Of a stretch of 64,000 bases of DNA, positions 21,346 through 30,913 are shown in pieces. Each line of letters starts with the position of its first letter. Within the stretch, counting starts at the first letter, position 1. The stretch lies in NCBI GenBank assembly GCA_043825875.1, contig JBDRRF010000051.1, forward strand, positions 1-64,000, in the 5' to 3' direction. The DNA comes from Pseudomonadota bacterium. GTDB lineage: Bacteria; Desulfobacterota; Desulfobacteria; Desulfobacterales; RPRI01. Made by a program: the position numbers and the translations under genes. The notes beneath the pieces were generated by a model that saw only the letters and a list, made by a program, of their open reading frames with translations, was not told the origin of the DNA and ran no database searches.

Positions 21346-21825
21346 TTATCTGAACAGAGCTAATGTCCCTGTCTTTGCCAGTTTTTTAATCCCCATAGGT
21401 CTTAAAAGATTTATTATAGCATTAAGTTTCTCTTCATTGCCTGTAACTTCTATAATAAAATGTTCAGGGCCTACATCTATCACCTTTCCTCGGAATATAT
21501 CAACCATTCTTAAAACTTCGGAACGCTGGCCGTTTTTTGCTATAACGTATATAAGCGCCATTTCTCTTTGAACAGATCTGGGCCCCGACACAGTGCGAAG
21601 CTTTATTACGTTTATCAGCTTGTTAAGCTGCTTTTCTATTTGTTCCATTTCCGCAAGGGATGATTTAGTTACAATGGTAATTCTGGAAACAAGAGGATCC
21701 ATTGTCTCTGCAACACATAAGCTATCAATATTGAAACCTCTTCCACTAAATAAGCCAACCACTCTCGAAAGAACCCCCGGCTTGTTATCAACAAGCATTG
21801 TCAGTACATGTTTTTCTTCTGCCAT
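21346..21825 (-). CDS. ilvN: Acetolactate synthase small subunit
   Basis: NKPGVLSRVVGLFSGRGFNIDSL, QIEKQLNKLINV. Confidence 0.95.
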   Translation of the reverse strand: MAEEKHVLTMLVDNKPGVLSRVVGLFSGRGFNIDSLCVAETMDPLVSRITIVTKSSLAEMEQIEKQLNKLINVIKLRTVSGPRSVQREMALIYVIAKNGQRSEVLRMVDIFRGKVIDVGPEHFIIEVTGNEEKLNAIINLLRPMGIKKLAKTGTLALFR

Positions 21826-21858
21826 AATAATTTTCCTTTTCGGCTCCGTATGTATAAA

Positions 21859-23565
21859 TCAGACCAGAAGCATTTCAGTAATAGACGCTTCTGCAGGAAC
21901 CATTGGATATACGTTTTCTTCTTTTTCAACAATAAACTCCATTATAACCGTTTTATCGGAATTAAGACCTTCAGTAAGAACCGGTATTACATCTTCAGGT
22001 TTTGTAGCTCTTAAGCCTAGTGCACCATAGGCCTCTGCAAGCTTCACAAAATCCGGGGAACATTCCAATGAGGTGCATGAGTATCGTTTACAGTAAAAAA
22101 GTTCCTGCCATTGCCTTACCATCCCCAGATATCCGTTATTTAATATAACAATCTTTACAGGAAGGCCGTACTGAATAGCAGTTGCCATTTCCTGTATATT
22201 CATCTGGATACTTCCGTCTCCTGCGATATCCACAACCAGTTTATCGGGGCAGGCTACCTGAGCCCCTATGGCTGCCGGAAGTCCGAATCCCATACAACCA
22301 AGACCTCCGGATGTAATAAAATGCCCGGGTTTATCAAAATGATAATACTGAGCTGTCCACATCTGATTTTGGCCTACTTCGGTTGTTATTATTGCATCTC
22401 CATTTGTAAGCTTAAAAAGAGTATCTATAACATATTGTGGCTTTATTATATCTTTCTGATCGTAAAAAAGCGGCTTTTTCTCCTTCCACTTATTTATTTC
22501 ATTCAGCCAGTCTTCTCTTTTTTGAGCAAGATCTCCCAAATTTGCTTCATCAAACATTCGATTAAGATGTTCCAGGGAGATACGGCAATCTCCGACAACA
22601 GGAACCGATACAGGAATATTTTTTCTTATGGAAGTCGGATCTATATCAATATGAACAATCTTTGCGTTTTTAGCAAATGAATCGGTTTTGCCTGTAACAC
22701 GGTCATCGAAACGAACTCCTATTGCAAGAAGAAGATCACAGTCTCCAACCGACATATTAGCCCTGTATGTTCCATGCATGCCTATCATTCCAAGCCATAA
22801 AGGATCGCTTGCAGGAAAAGAACCCAAACCCATTAATGACGTGGTAACAGGTATTACTGCTTTTTTTGCAAATTCTGTAAGTCCTTCAGAACCTTTTGAC
22901 AAGATAACACCACCCCCTGCAAAAATAACAGGCTTTTTGGCTTTACCAACAAGGTCAATAATCTTTTGAAGCTGCCTTAAATTAGGACTATAAGTCGGTT
23001 TATAAGATCTAAGGTTTACTTCTGCAGGCATTATAAATTTTGTTTTTGCTTTTATAACATCTTTCGGCAGGTCAACAAGTACAGGCCCGGGACGACCTGA
23101 TCTTGCCAGATAAAAAGCCTCTTTTAAGGTTTCTGCAAGATCTTCTACTTTTGTTACAAGATAATTATGCTTGGTACACGACCTTGTGATTCCCACAATA
23201 TCAACTTCCTGAAAAGCATCATTACCTATAAGATGAGTCGGAACCTGACCGGTAAGTACTACAAGTGGTATGGAATCCATATATGCCGATGCTATGCCGG
23301 TTACAGTATTTGTAGCACCTGGGCCCGATGTAACAAGGCACACACCGACCCGGCCGCTTGCCCTTGAATATCCGTCAGCAGCATGAACCGCTCCCTGCTC
23401 ATGGCGGACAAGAAAATGGCGTATGTCCGTTTTTGCAAGCTCATCGTAAATATCTATAACAGCGCCTCCGGGATATCCGAATATGGTATCCACGCTTTCG
23501 CTCTTCAAGATTTCCATAAGTATCTGACCTCCGGTCAGCATATTCTCTTCTTTACTTGTTTCCAT
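21859..23565 (-). CDS. ilvB: Acetolactate synthase large subunit
   Basis: FGYPGG, RHEQGA, TSGPGATN, GMHG, RFDDRVTG, GDGSIQMN, GMVRQWQ. Confidence 0.96.
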   Translation of the reverse strand: METSKEENMLTGGQILMEILKSESVDTIFGYPGGAVIDIYDELAKTDIRHFLVRHEQGAVHAADGYSRASGRVGVCLVTSGPGATNTVTGIASAYMDSIPLVVLTGQVPTHLIGNDAFQEVDIVGITRSCTKHNYLVTKVEDLAETLKEAFYLARSGRPGPVLVDLPKDVIKAKTKFIMPAEVNLRSYKPTYSPNLRQLQKIIDLVGKAKKPVIFAGGGVILSKGSEGLTEFAKKAVIPVTTSLMGLGSFPASDPLWLGMIGMHGTYRANMSVGDCDLLLAIGVRFDDRVTGKTDSFAKNAKIVHIDIDPTSIRKNIPVSVPVVGDCRISLEHLNRMFDEANLGDLAQKREDWLNEINKWKEKKPLFYDQKDIIKPQYVIDTLFKLTNGDAIITTEVGQNQMWTAQYYHFDKPGHFITSGGLGCMGFGLPAAIGAQVACPDKLVVDIAGDGSIQMNIQEMATAIQYGLPVKIVILNNGYLGMVRQWQELFYCKRYSCTSLECSPDFVKLAEAYGALGLRATKPEDVIPVLTEGLNSDKTVIMEFIVEKEENVYPMVPAEASITEMLLV

Positions 23566-23589
23566 TAGTTCCTCTTAATGTGCATGATA

Positions 23590-25260
23590 TTATTTAGTAA
23601 TTGCTCCCTGGCTTGCTGAAGACACCATTTTTGCATATCTTGCCATATATCCATGAGAAATTTTCGGTGCAGGCTTTTTCCATGAAGATAATCTTTTTTC
23701 AATTTCTTCATCGGAAATTTTAAGGGTTATTTTTTTACCCGGAATATCAATAGAAATTATATCATTATTTTCAACAATTGCTATAGGACCTCCCTGCATG
23801 GCTTCCGGAGAAATATGTCCGATTGCAGCCCCCCTTGTTCCTCCGGAAAAACGTCCGTCCGTTATTAGCGCAACATGAGTATCAAGCTGCATACCGGCTA
23901 TAGCCGAAGTCGGAGTAAGCATTTCACGCATGCCGGGCCCTCCCATAGGTCCTTCATAACGCACTACAATAACATCTCCTTTTTGTATTTTCCCGGACAT
24001 TATTGTGGCAGTTGCTTCTTCCTCGGAATTAAATACTCTTGCAGGCCCTTCATGCCTTAACATCTCTTTAAGCACTGCAGATTGTTTTACAACACAGCCA
24101 TCAGGGGCAATATTTCCGTAAAGGACCGCAAGCCCGCCTTCTTTATGATATGGATCTGATATCGGACGTATAACATTGTTATCAATTACTTTTACATTTT
24201 CAATATTTTCCTTAACACTTTTCCCGGTAACGGTTATACAATCTCCATTAATAAGGTTTGCTCCAAAAAGCTCCTTTAACACAGCCTGAATACCGCCTGC
24301 TCTGTCAAGATCTTCGATATGATCTTTACCGCCCGGACTTAATGAGCATAAATGAGAAACAGCTTTGCTTATCTCATTTATCATACTTAAATCAAACTTA
24401 TAATTTGCTTCATCAGCAAGTGCTGCAAGATGCAAAACGGTGTTGGTGGAACAACCAAGGGCCATATCAACTGCAAGGGCGTTTTTAAAAGCTTTTTCCG
24501 TTAATATTTTACTTGGTGTAATATTTTTTTCAAGAAGGCTCATAATTTGAATGCCGGCCTCTTTTGCCAGCCTGATTCTGGCCGACATCACAGCAGGAAT
24601 TGTACCATTGCCAGGCAAGCCCATTCCTATTGCTTCCGTTAAGCAATTCATGGAATTTGCAGTAAACATACCAGCGCATGATCCGCATGTAGGACAAGCC
24701 GCATCTTCAATTAAACCAAGCTCATCCTCGCTCATTCTTCCGGAAAGCACAGCACCTACGGATTCAAAAACACTGATCAAATCAATCTTGTCAGAACTAG
24801 TTGAATTTGGTTTTCGCCCGGCAAGCATCGGGCCTCCGCTTATAACTATTGAAGGAATATCAAGACGTGCGGCAGCCATTAACATGCCTGGAATTATTTT
24901 ATCACAATTTGGTACAAGCACAAGAGCATCGAACGCATGTGCCGTAGCCATAACCTCTATAGAATCTGCTATAAGTTCTCTGCTTGCAAGAGAATATTTC
25001 ATACCTTCATGGTTCATAGCAATGCCGTCGCAAACTCCGATAACACCAAATGAAATAGGAGTCCCTCCACCCATATAAACGCCAGCCTTCACAGCTTCTA
25101 CAATCTTATCAAGATGAACATGGCCTGGTATTATGTTATTTGCTGAATTTGCGATACCGATAAGAGGTCTGCTAATTTCCATATCGGTATAGCCCATTGC
25201 TTTAAACAGGCTCCTGTGAGGCGCCCTTTCTATGCCTTTTTTTACAAGATCACTTTTCAT
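23590..25260 (-). CDS. ilvD: Dihydroxy-acid dehydratase
   Basis: [48 protein letters not shown]. Confidence 0.96.
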   Translation of the reverse strand: MKSDLVKKGIERAPHRSLFKAMGYTDMEISRPLIGIANSANNIIPGHVHLDKIVEAVKAGVYMGGGTPISFGVIGVCDGIAMNHEGMKYSLASRELIADSIEVMATAHAFDALVLVPNCDKIIPGMLMAAARLDIPSIVISGGPMLAGRKPNSTSSDKIDLISVFESVGAVLSGRMSEDELGLIEDAACPTCGSCAGMFTANSMNCLTEAIGMGLPGNGTIPAVMSARIRLAKEAGIQIMSLLEKNITPSKILTEKAFKNALAVDMALGCSTNTVLHLAALADEANYKFDLSMINEISKAVSHLCSLSPGGKDHIEDLDRAGGIQAVLKELFGANLINGDCITVTGKSVKENIENVKVIDNNVIRPISDPYHKEGGLAVLYGNIAPDGCVVKQSAVLKEMLRHEGPARVFNSEEEATATIMSGKIQKGDVIVVRYEGPMGGPGMREMLTPTSAIAGMQLDTHVALITDGRFSGGTRGAAIGHISPEAMQGGPIAIVENNDIISIDIPGKKITLKISDEEIEKRLSSWKKPAPKISHGYMARYAKMVSSASQGAITK

Positions 25261-25276
25261 ACAAATTCCCTCCAAT

Positions 25277-25317
25277 AAAAAACCGTTATCAGCTTTTTAA
25301 GGTTGATAACGGTTTTT
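25277..25317 (-). terminator. Attenuator terminator of the ilv-leu operon leader
   Basis: Transcript AACCGTTATCA...TGATAACGG followed by a U6 tract, just upstream of the ilvD RBS. Confidence 0.85.
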
Positions 25318-25351
25318 GTTTTTTCTGTTTATATGGTGAAAAGCTAAGCCA

Positions 25352-25447
25352 TTACCAACCCATTTCCTCCAGGGGAATAATTATCCCGACTAGGACTAGT
25401 AGTACAGCAACATTTGAAACAAGGTTGTTAACGGATAAGATCTTCAT
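25352..25447 (-). CDS. ilv/leu operon leader peptide, 31 aa (MKILSVNNLVSNVAVLLVLVGIIIPLEEMGW)
   Basis: Translated by hand; 16 of 31 codons are Leu/Val/Ile, including GTA-CTA-CTA-GTC-CTA-GTC-GGG-ATA-ATT-ATT; precedes the terminator. Confidence 0.85.
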   Translation of the reverse strand: MKILSVNNLVSNVAVLLVLVGIIIPLEEMGW

Positions 25448-25561
25448 AATAACTATAATATTTCACTCCCTTTTTCAACTTATTAACAGCAATAAATTTT
25501 TGTGTCAAGAAATATTTTGTGAAATATTTTGTGTAATTATGCCGGATAATAAGCATATATT

Positions 25562-26413
25562 TTAGCGGCTGAGCTCACCAGATCTTCTTGCTGCAGCGGC
25601 TATAGCCTCAACTATTATTTCTTTCACCTTTTTTCTCTCCAGAACCTTAAATGCCTCTTCTGTCGTGCCTCCCGGTGAAGTCACACGTTTACGCAACAAT
25701 TCCGGCGCTTCATCTATTTCCTCCAAAAGGGCTACAGCACCTTTTATAGTTTCAATGGTAAGTTTTACAGCATCATAAGGAGCCAATCCTATATTTACAC
25801 CCCCCTGAATCATGGATTCAGCAAGATAAAAAACATACGCAGGTCCGGAACCTGATAAAGCAGTGACAGCATCAAGGTCTTTTTCCTCAAATTCAATAAC
25901 TTTACCCATTGCTTCAAGAATTGTCCGAACCACATTAACATCATCTGAAGTAGCATATCTGTTTGGAGCCATTCCGGACATACCGGACAAAACTAGTGCC
26001 GGAGTATTAGGCATAACTCTGATTATCGGAAGATTGATAGTATTCTCTTTATTCAACGGGGAATATAATATGCTTTCAAGTTTTTCCAAAGTAATCCCGG
26101 CAGCAATCGAAATAATAAGCTTTCTGCCATCAATGCCATAATCTTCATGACTTGTAATTTGTGTTAATACAGCTGGTATATGCTGCGGTTTTACAGCAAG
26201 AATCACTATATCGCACATTGAGAATACTTTAAAATTATCATTTATAGCTGATATGCCATATTTTTTTTTCAGCAAACTTAATCGCTCCGTATTTACGTCA
26301 CTTGCAAAAACCTTTGAAGAAGCGATAATGCCTGATCTGGTAATAGCTCCTATAAAAGCTTCAGCCATATTTCCGGCTCCGATAAAGCCGGTTTTTCTGT
26401 TAAGCAAAGCCAT
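25562..26413 (-). CDS. proC: Pyrroline-5-carboxylate reductase
   Basis: GAGNMA, LAVKPQ, RVMPNTP, ALSGSGPAY, VTSPGGTT; GGAGG RBS. Confidence 0.96.
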   Translation of the reverse strand: MALLNRKTGFIGAGNMAEAFIGAITRSGIIASSKVFASDVNTERLSLLKKKYGISAINDNFKVFSMCDIVILAVKPQHIPAVLTQITSHEDYGIDGRKLIISIAAGITLEKLESILYSPLNKENTINLPIIRVMPNTPALVLSGMSGMAPNRYATSDDVNVVRTILEAMGKVIEFEEKDLDAVTALSGSGPAYVFYLAESMIQGGVNIGLAPYDAVKLTIETIKGAVALLEEIDEAPELLRKRVTSPGGTTEEAFKVLERKKVKEIIVEAIAAAARRSGELSR

Positions 26414-26601
26414 GTAACCTCCCAATCCTTCATGCAAATAATATAATGTTTATCCTGAATGAATATTTATAAATTTTGCTTATGTCAATGATTTTTAACA
26501 AAAACTCTTGACTATTCTTTGAAAATATAATTAGTTATATATAAAACTGAATTTAACGAAAAGCAGATAATTCGTCAATAACATATTTTATGAGGCCATA
26601 G

Positions 26602-26904
26602 ATGTTCATTCTTGGAAATTTTCTGGCTGCTGCTGCTGTAGTAATCGGATTTATATTAAAGTCGTATATTTGGATTATAATTGCGCGGGCGATATTATCC
26701 TGGGTAAACCCTGATCCTTATAATCAAATAGTCAGATTTATTCACAACATAACCGAACCTGTTCTTTATCCGATACGCTCAAGAATTCCTTATATGGGCG
26801 GCATAGATCTTGCGCCTATTATAGTTATTCTCGTAATATGGTTTTTGGAAATCTTTCTTGTCGGAAATCTTCAACATCTTGCTATAAAACTTTCACAATT
26901 TTAA
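26602..26904 (+). CDS. yggT: YggT-family membrane protein
   Basis: LSWVNPDPYN, ITEPVLYPIR, GIDLAP. Confidence 0.93.
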   Translation: MFILGNFLAAAAVVIGFILKSYIWIIIARAILSWVNPDPYNQIVRFIHNITEPVLYPIRSRIPYMGGIDLAPIIVILVIWFLEIFLVGNLQHLAIKLSQF

Positions 26905-26926
26905 ATTATAAAAGTAGGAGTATAAA

Positions 26927-27430
26927 ATGAAATTGACGCCTCTCGATATTTTTCAACGTAAATTTAAGATAAGTTTCAGAGGATTTGATGTAGAGGAAGT
27001 GGATGGATATCTTGAAGATATTGCAGATGCTTATCAATTATTATTAAATGAAAACGACCAATTAAAAAATGACATTGAAAGACTCAAGCAAGATATAAAA
27101 GAGTATATAAACCGCGAAGAAACTTTTAAAATGGCTCTTATAAATTCCCAGAATGTTATTGAACAGATGAAAGACAATGCACAAAAATCGGCTGAACTAA
27201 TTGTTGCTGATGCCGAATTAAAAGCTGAAAAAATATTAAGCAGCGCAAACAATAAACTGGTTCAGTTGCAAAACGATATTTCAGAGCTAAAAAGACAGAG
27301 GATACAAATGGAGGCTCAGATTACATCTGTAATAGAAACCTACTCCAAACTGATAGAAATGAGCAGAGAAGAACATATAGCAATTGAGCAAGATGAACAA
27401 ATAGTTGAACCTTTCAAACAATCTATTTAG
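26927..27430 (+). CDS. divIVA: DivIVA-domain protein
   Basis: MKLTPLDI...FRGFDVEEVDGYL followed by coiled coil. Confidence 0.92.
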   Translation: MKLTPLDIFQRKFKISFRGFDVEEVDGYLEDIADAYQLLLNENDQLKNDIERLKQDIKEYINREETFKMALINSQNVIEQMKDNAQKSAELIVADAELKAEKILSSANNKLVQLQNDISELKRQRIQMEAQITSVIETYSKLIEMSREEHIAIEQDEQIVEPFKQSI

Positions 27431-27601
27431 GCAAATATATGCATTGTTTTCTAAATTTATATAAATTGATGTTCATAATTGCTTAATAATATTTTCCTGA
27501 TACCGATAATAAGTCTTAAAGGAGTCTAAAGTACTTATTGTATTTTTTCTAACAAGTCGTCAATTGTAATAAGTTAAATTAATACTGCAACGGGAGTTCT
27601 T

Positions 27602-28684
27602 ATGGCAAAAATTGATGCTTTTTTTAAATTGATGAATGAGCAGGGCGCTTCCGACCTTCACCTTGTTTCAGGTCAACCTCCTGCACTCAGGATAAGGGGG
27701 GATATAGAAAGAGTCAAATATAAAGAACTGGATTCAGATACATTAAGAAGTATGTTATATGAAATAACACCTGAAGAAAAAATTAAAACTTTTGAAGAAA
27801 CGGGGGATCTTGATTTCGGATATGAAATCCCCGGGCTTGCCCGTTACCGTGCCAATTTTTTCATGCAGAAATATGGAATCGGGGCCGTTTTCAGGGAAAT
27901 TCCGAATAATATAATGACGGCGGAACAACTTGGGCTGCCTGCAGTAATATCAAAGCTTGCTCAACTCCCAAGAGGGCTTGTTCTTGTTACAGGACCTACT
28001 GGAAGCGGTAAATCAACAACTCTTGCTGCAATTATTGATGTTGCGAACAGACAGAGGAAAGACCATATTATCACTGTTGAAGATCCCATTGAGTTTGTTC
28101 ATAAAAGTCAGGGGTGTATAGTAAACCACAGAGAAGTAGGCATACATACAAAATCATTTACTGCTGCGCTTCGAGGTGCTTTACGTGAAGATCCGGATAT
28201 TATACTTGTAGGCGAAATGCGCGACCTTGAAACAATATCTCTTGCTATTGAAGCCGCATCTACCGGCCATCTTGTTTTTGCAACTTTGCATACTTCAAGC
28301 GCCGCAAAAACGGTTGACCGTATAATAGAAGTATTTCCATCAAGCGAACAGGCACAAATCCGTTCAACTTTATCCGACGGAATAAGAGCAATAGTCGCTC
28401 AGGTTCTCTTTAAAAGAGTCGATATTAAAGCTCGTTGTCCCGCACTTGAAATTATGATAGGAACTCCGGCCGTCCGTAACCTTATCAGAGAATCGAAAAC
28501 ACATCAGCTAGCATCTATGATACAAACAGGGAAAAAATACGGTATGCAGCTATTGGATGACGCTATAATGGAGCTGTATAACAAGGGCTGGATCAGTTCA
28601 GATGATGCATATGCAAAAGCAAATGAGAAAGCCAAATTCAGACCGCTATTGAAGAATCCGCCGGCAGATTTTACTGACGCATAA
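27602..28684 (+). CDS. pilT: Type IV pilus retraction ATPase PilT
   Basis: GASDLHL, GPTGSGKST, EDPIE, ALREDPD, GEMRD, TGHLVFATLH, AVRNLIRE. Confidence 0.94.
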   Translation: MAKIDAFFKLMNEQGASDLHLVSGQPPALRIRGDIERVKYKELDSDTLRSMLYEITPEEKIKTFEETGDLDFGYEIPGLARYRANFFMQKYGIGAVFREIPNNIMTAEQLGLPAVISKLAQLPRGLVLVTGPTGSGKSTTLAAIIDVANRQRKDHIITVEDPIEFVHKSQGCIVNHREVGIHTKSFTAALRGALREDPDIILVGEMRDLETISLAIEAASTGHLVFATLHTSSAAKTVDRIIEVFPSSEQAQIRSTLSDGIRAIVAQVLFKRVDIKARCPALEIMIGTPAVRNLIRESKTHQLASMIQTGKKYGMQLLDDAIMELYNKGWISSDDAYAKANEKAKFRPLLKNPPADFTDA

Positions 28685-28701
28685 ACTTACAGGATCAAGC
28701 C

Positions 28702-29877
28702 ATGAGAAAACAAGAAATAGACCATATTTTGACAAGTATGATTGATGCTCAAAAAGATGTGTCCGACTTAAATTTCACGGTTGGAAAGCCAATGCAAGTT
28801 GAAAGCTCAGGAGAACTTATAAGCATTGATATTACACCTAAGTTTGAAGCATTGACACCCTTCCAGACTGAAATAATGGCATTAAATCTTATCAACCAGG
28901 AACATCGTTTAACTGAAACTCTTTTGCGGGAAGGTTCCTGCGATTTATCCTATAGCCTTCCCGGCAAAGCTCGCTTCAGGGTAAATATCTTTGCCAGATC
29001 AGGAAATTATTCAATAGTTTTGCGGCGTCTTGAAACAAAAGTCCCTACCATAGGTGGCTTGGATCTTCCCGAAGTATTTTATAAAATAGCAATGGAAAGA
29101 AACGGCATCGTTCTTGTAACCGGAGCAACCGGTACCGGTAAATCAACATCTCTTGCCGCTATGCTTGAGTATATAAATGAAAACAAATCCGTTCATATTG
29201 TCACCCTTGAAGACCCTATCGAATACCAGCATCCTCATAAAAAAGCCACCTTTAACCAGCGTGAACTAGGTATCGACTTTGACTCATTTGTAACTGGTTT
29301 AAGAGCAGCTTTAAGGCAGGCTCCAAAAGTGATTCTTGTGGGTGAAATGAGAGACAGGGATAGTATTGAAATAGCACTCAGTGCTGCTGAAACAGGGCAT
29401 CTGGTAGTTTCAACTCTTCACACAATTGATGCCGGCTCAACGATAAACCGCATACTCGGCATGTTCCCCAAAGAAGAAGAAAACCAGATACGAATTCGTC
29501 TCGCTGATACAATTCGATGGATAGTATGCCAAAGGCTGCTGCCTAAAGCTGATGGTGGCCGTATAGCATCATTTGAAATTCTCGGCACTAATTTACGGGT
29601 CAGAGACATAATATTAAATGGAGAGTCCGATGATAAAACATTTTATGAAATTATGCAGGCAGGCAAGCCCTTTGGAATGATAACTTTTGATGACTTCATC
29701 GTAGACCTTTATAGCAAAGGCCTTGTTTCTGAGGAAACCGCAATCTCCTATGCTTCACGCAAAGGAGTTGTAGGACGGGGAATTGATACAGTTAAAAGCT
29801 CAAGAGGAGAAAAAACAACCGATATTGAAGATCTTGAAATTGACCGCGGTTATGCAAGAAAAAGAAATAAAAGCTGA
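28702..29877 (+). CDS. Second PilT/PilU-family ATPase
   Basis: GATGTGKST, EDPIE, ALRQAP, GEMRD, TGHLVVSTLH. Confidence 0.9.
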   Translation: MRKQEIDHILTSMIDAQKDVSDLNFTVGKPMQVESSGELISIDITPKFEALTPFQTEIMALNLINQEHRLTETLLREGSCDLSYSLPGKARFRVNIFARSGNYSIVLRRLETKVPTIGGLDLPEVFYKIAMERNGIVLVTGATGTGKSTSLAAMLEYINENKSVHIVTLEDPIEYQHPHKKATFNQRELGIDFDSFVTGLRAALRQAPKVILVGEMRDRDSIEIALSAAETGHLVVSTLHTIDAGSTINRILGMFPKEEENQIRIRLADTIRWIVCQRLLPKADGGRIASFEILGTNLRVRDIILNGESDDKTFYEIMQAGKPFGMITFDDFIVDLYSKGLVSEETAISYASRKGVVGRGIDTVKSSRGEKTTDIEDLEIDRGYARKRNKS

Positions 29878-29907
29878 CAGTTTCTAAAGATTATCACAAT
29901 TAGGGGG

Positions 29908-30657
29908 ATGAAAAAAGACACCATGGATATAAACTGTGACAAATGCAACAGCAGGTTCAGGGTTGCCGATGAAAAAATTCCTTCGGAACTAAAATTTATT
30001 GCATGTCCAAAATGTAAAAATAAGATCCCGATAAATACTACTATAAAAACAGAAAACAATGATTTAAAAACCCAGGACGAACCTGCCCCTAATTCAAAAA
30101 ACGAAGCCCGCTTAGATGAAAACTTTTCATTTGATGAAGCAGTCTCGGATGAATCCGACACAGACAAATCTGCCTCATTAGACTCATATGATGCCGCTGA
30201 CAAGCCTTTTGATTTTATAGAAGAAGAAGGAAAAACAGCTCTTGTTTGCGAATCAGATCCTGAATTTAGAAAAACAATACAAGATACGCTTAATCTGATG
30301 GAATATACCATTACAGTGGCAAAAAACGGAAGAGATGTGATGAAAAAGATGCGTTATCATGTTTATGACGTAATTGTATTAAACGAAAAATTCGAAAACC
30401 CCAATCCGGATGCCAACCCTGTATTGTTTAATCTCGAACGCCTGCCCATTTCAACACGACGTAATATATTTGTTACACTCTTAAGCGACAGGTTTCGTAC
30501 TATGGATAATATGACTGCATTTCAAAAAAGCGTTAACCTCATAATAAATTTAAAAAATATTAATGATTTCGGCAAAATCTTCAGCCGCGGATTAACCGAT
30601 CATGATTTTTTTTATAAAGTATTCAGGGATACTATGAAAAAAATCGGCCGTGTTTAA
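29908..30657 (+). CDS. MJ0042-type zinc-ribbon protein with receiver-like C-terminal domain
   Basis: CDKC...CPKC, acidic linker, ALVCESD...YDVIVLNE receiver-like pattern. Confidence 0.75.
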   Translation: MKKDTMDINCDKCNSRFRVADEKIPSELKFIACPKCKNKIPINTTIKTENNDLKTQDEPAPNSKNEARLDENFSFDEAVSDESDTDKSASLDSYDAADKPFDFIEEEGKTALVCESDPEFRKTIQDTLNLMEYTITVAKNGRDVMKKMRYHVYDVIVLNEKFENPNPDANPVLFNLERLPISTRRNIFVTLLSDRFRTMDNMTAFQKSVNLIINLKNINDFGKIFSRGLTDHDFFYKVFRDTMKKIGRV

Positions 30658-30676
30658 TTTATAAGTTTTATAGATT

Positions 30677-30841
30677 ATGAAAGAAGAAAAAAATTATAAA
30701 TACACTTGTGAGCAATACAGAAATGAAATGATTCTTCTTGCCCTGAAAATCCGCCTTAACAACGCAGACCTTTCCGAAAAAGAAAAAAAAGATATATCAA
30801 ATAACATCCGCGAAATTGAAACCGCTATTTGTATGGATTAA
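30677..30841 (+). CDS. Small helical hypothetical protein, 54 aa (MKEEKNYKYTCEQYRNEMILLALKIRLNNADLSEKEKKDISNNIREIETAICMD)
   Basis: Below the ORF-track cutoff; translated by hand; starts 19 bp after the previous gene on the same strand. Confidence 0.6.
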   Translation: MKEEKNYKYTCEQYRNEMILLALKIRLNNADLSEKEKKDISNNIREIETAICMD

Positions 30842-30913
30842 TTTTTTTAACAAAACTTCTTTGATATATATACATACTGTATAAAAATCAGATGCCATAC
30901 CATTATAAAAGAT

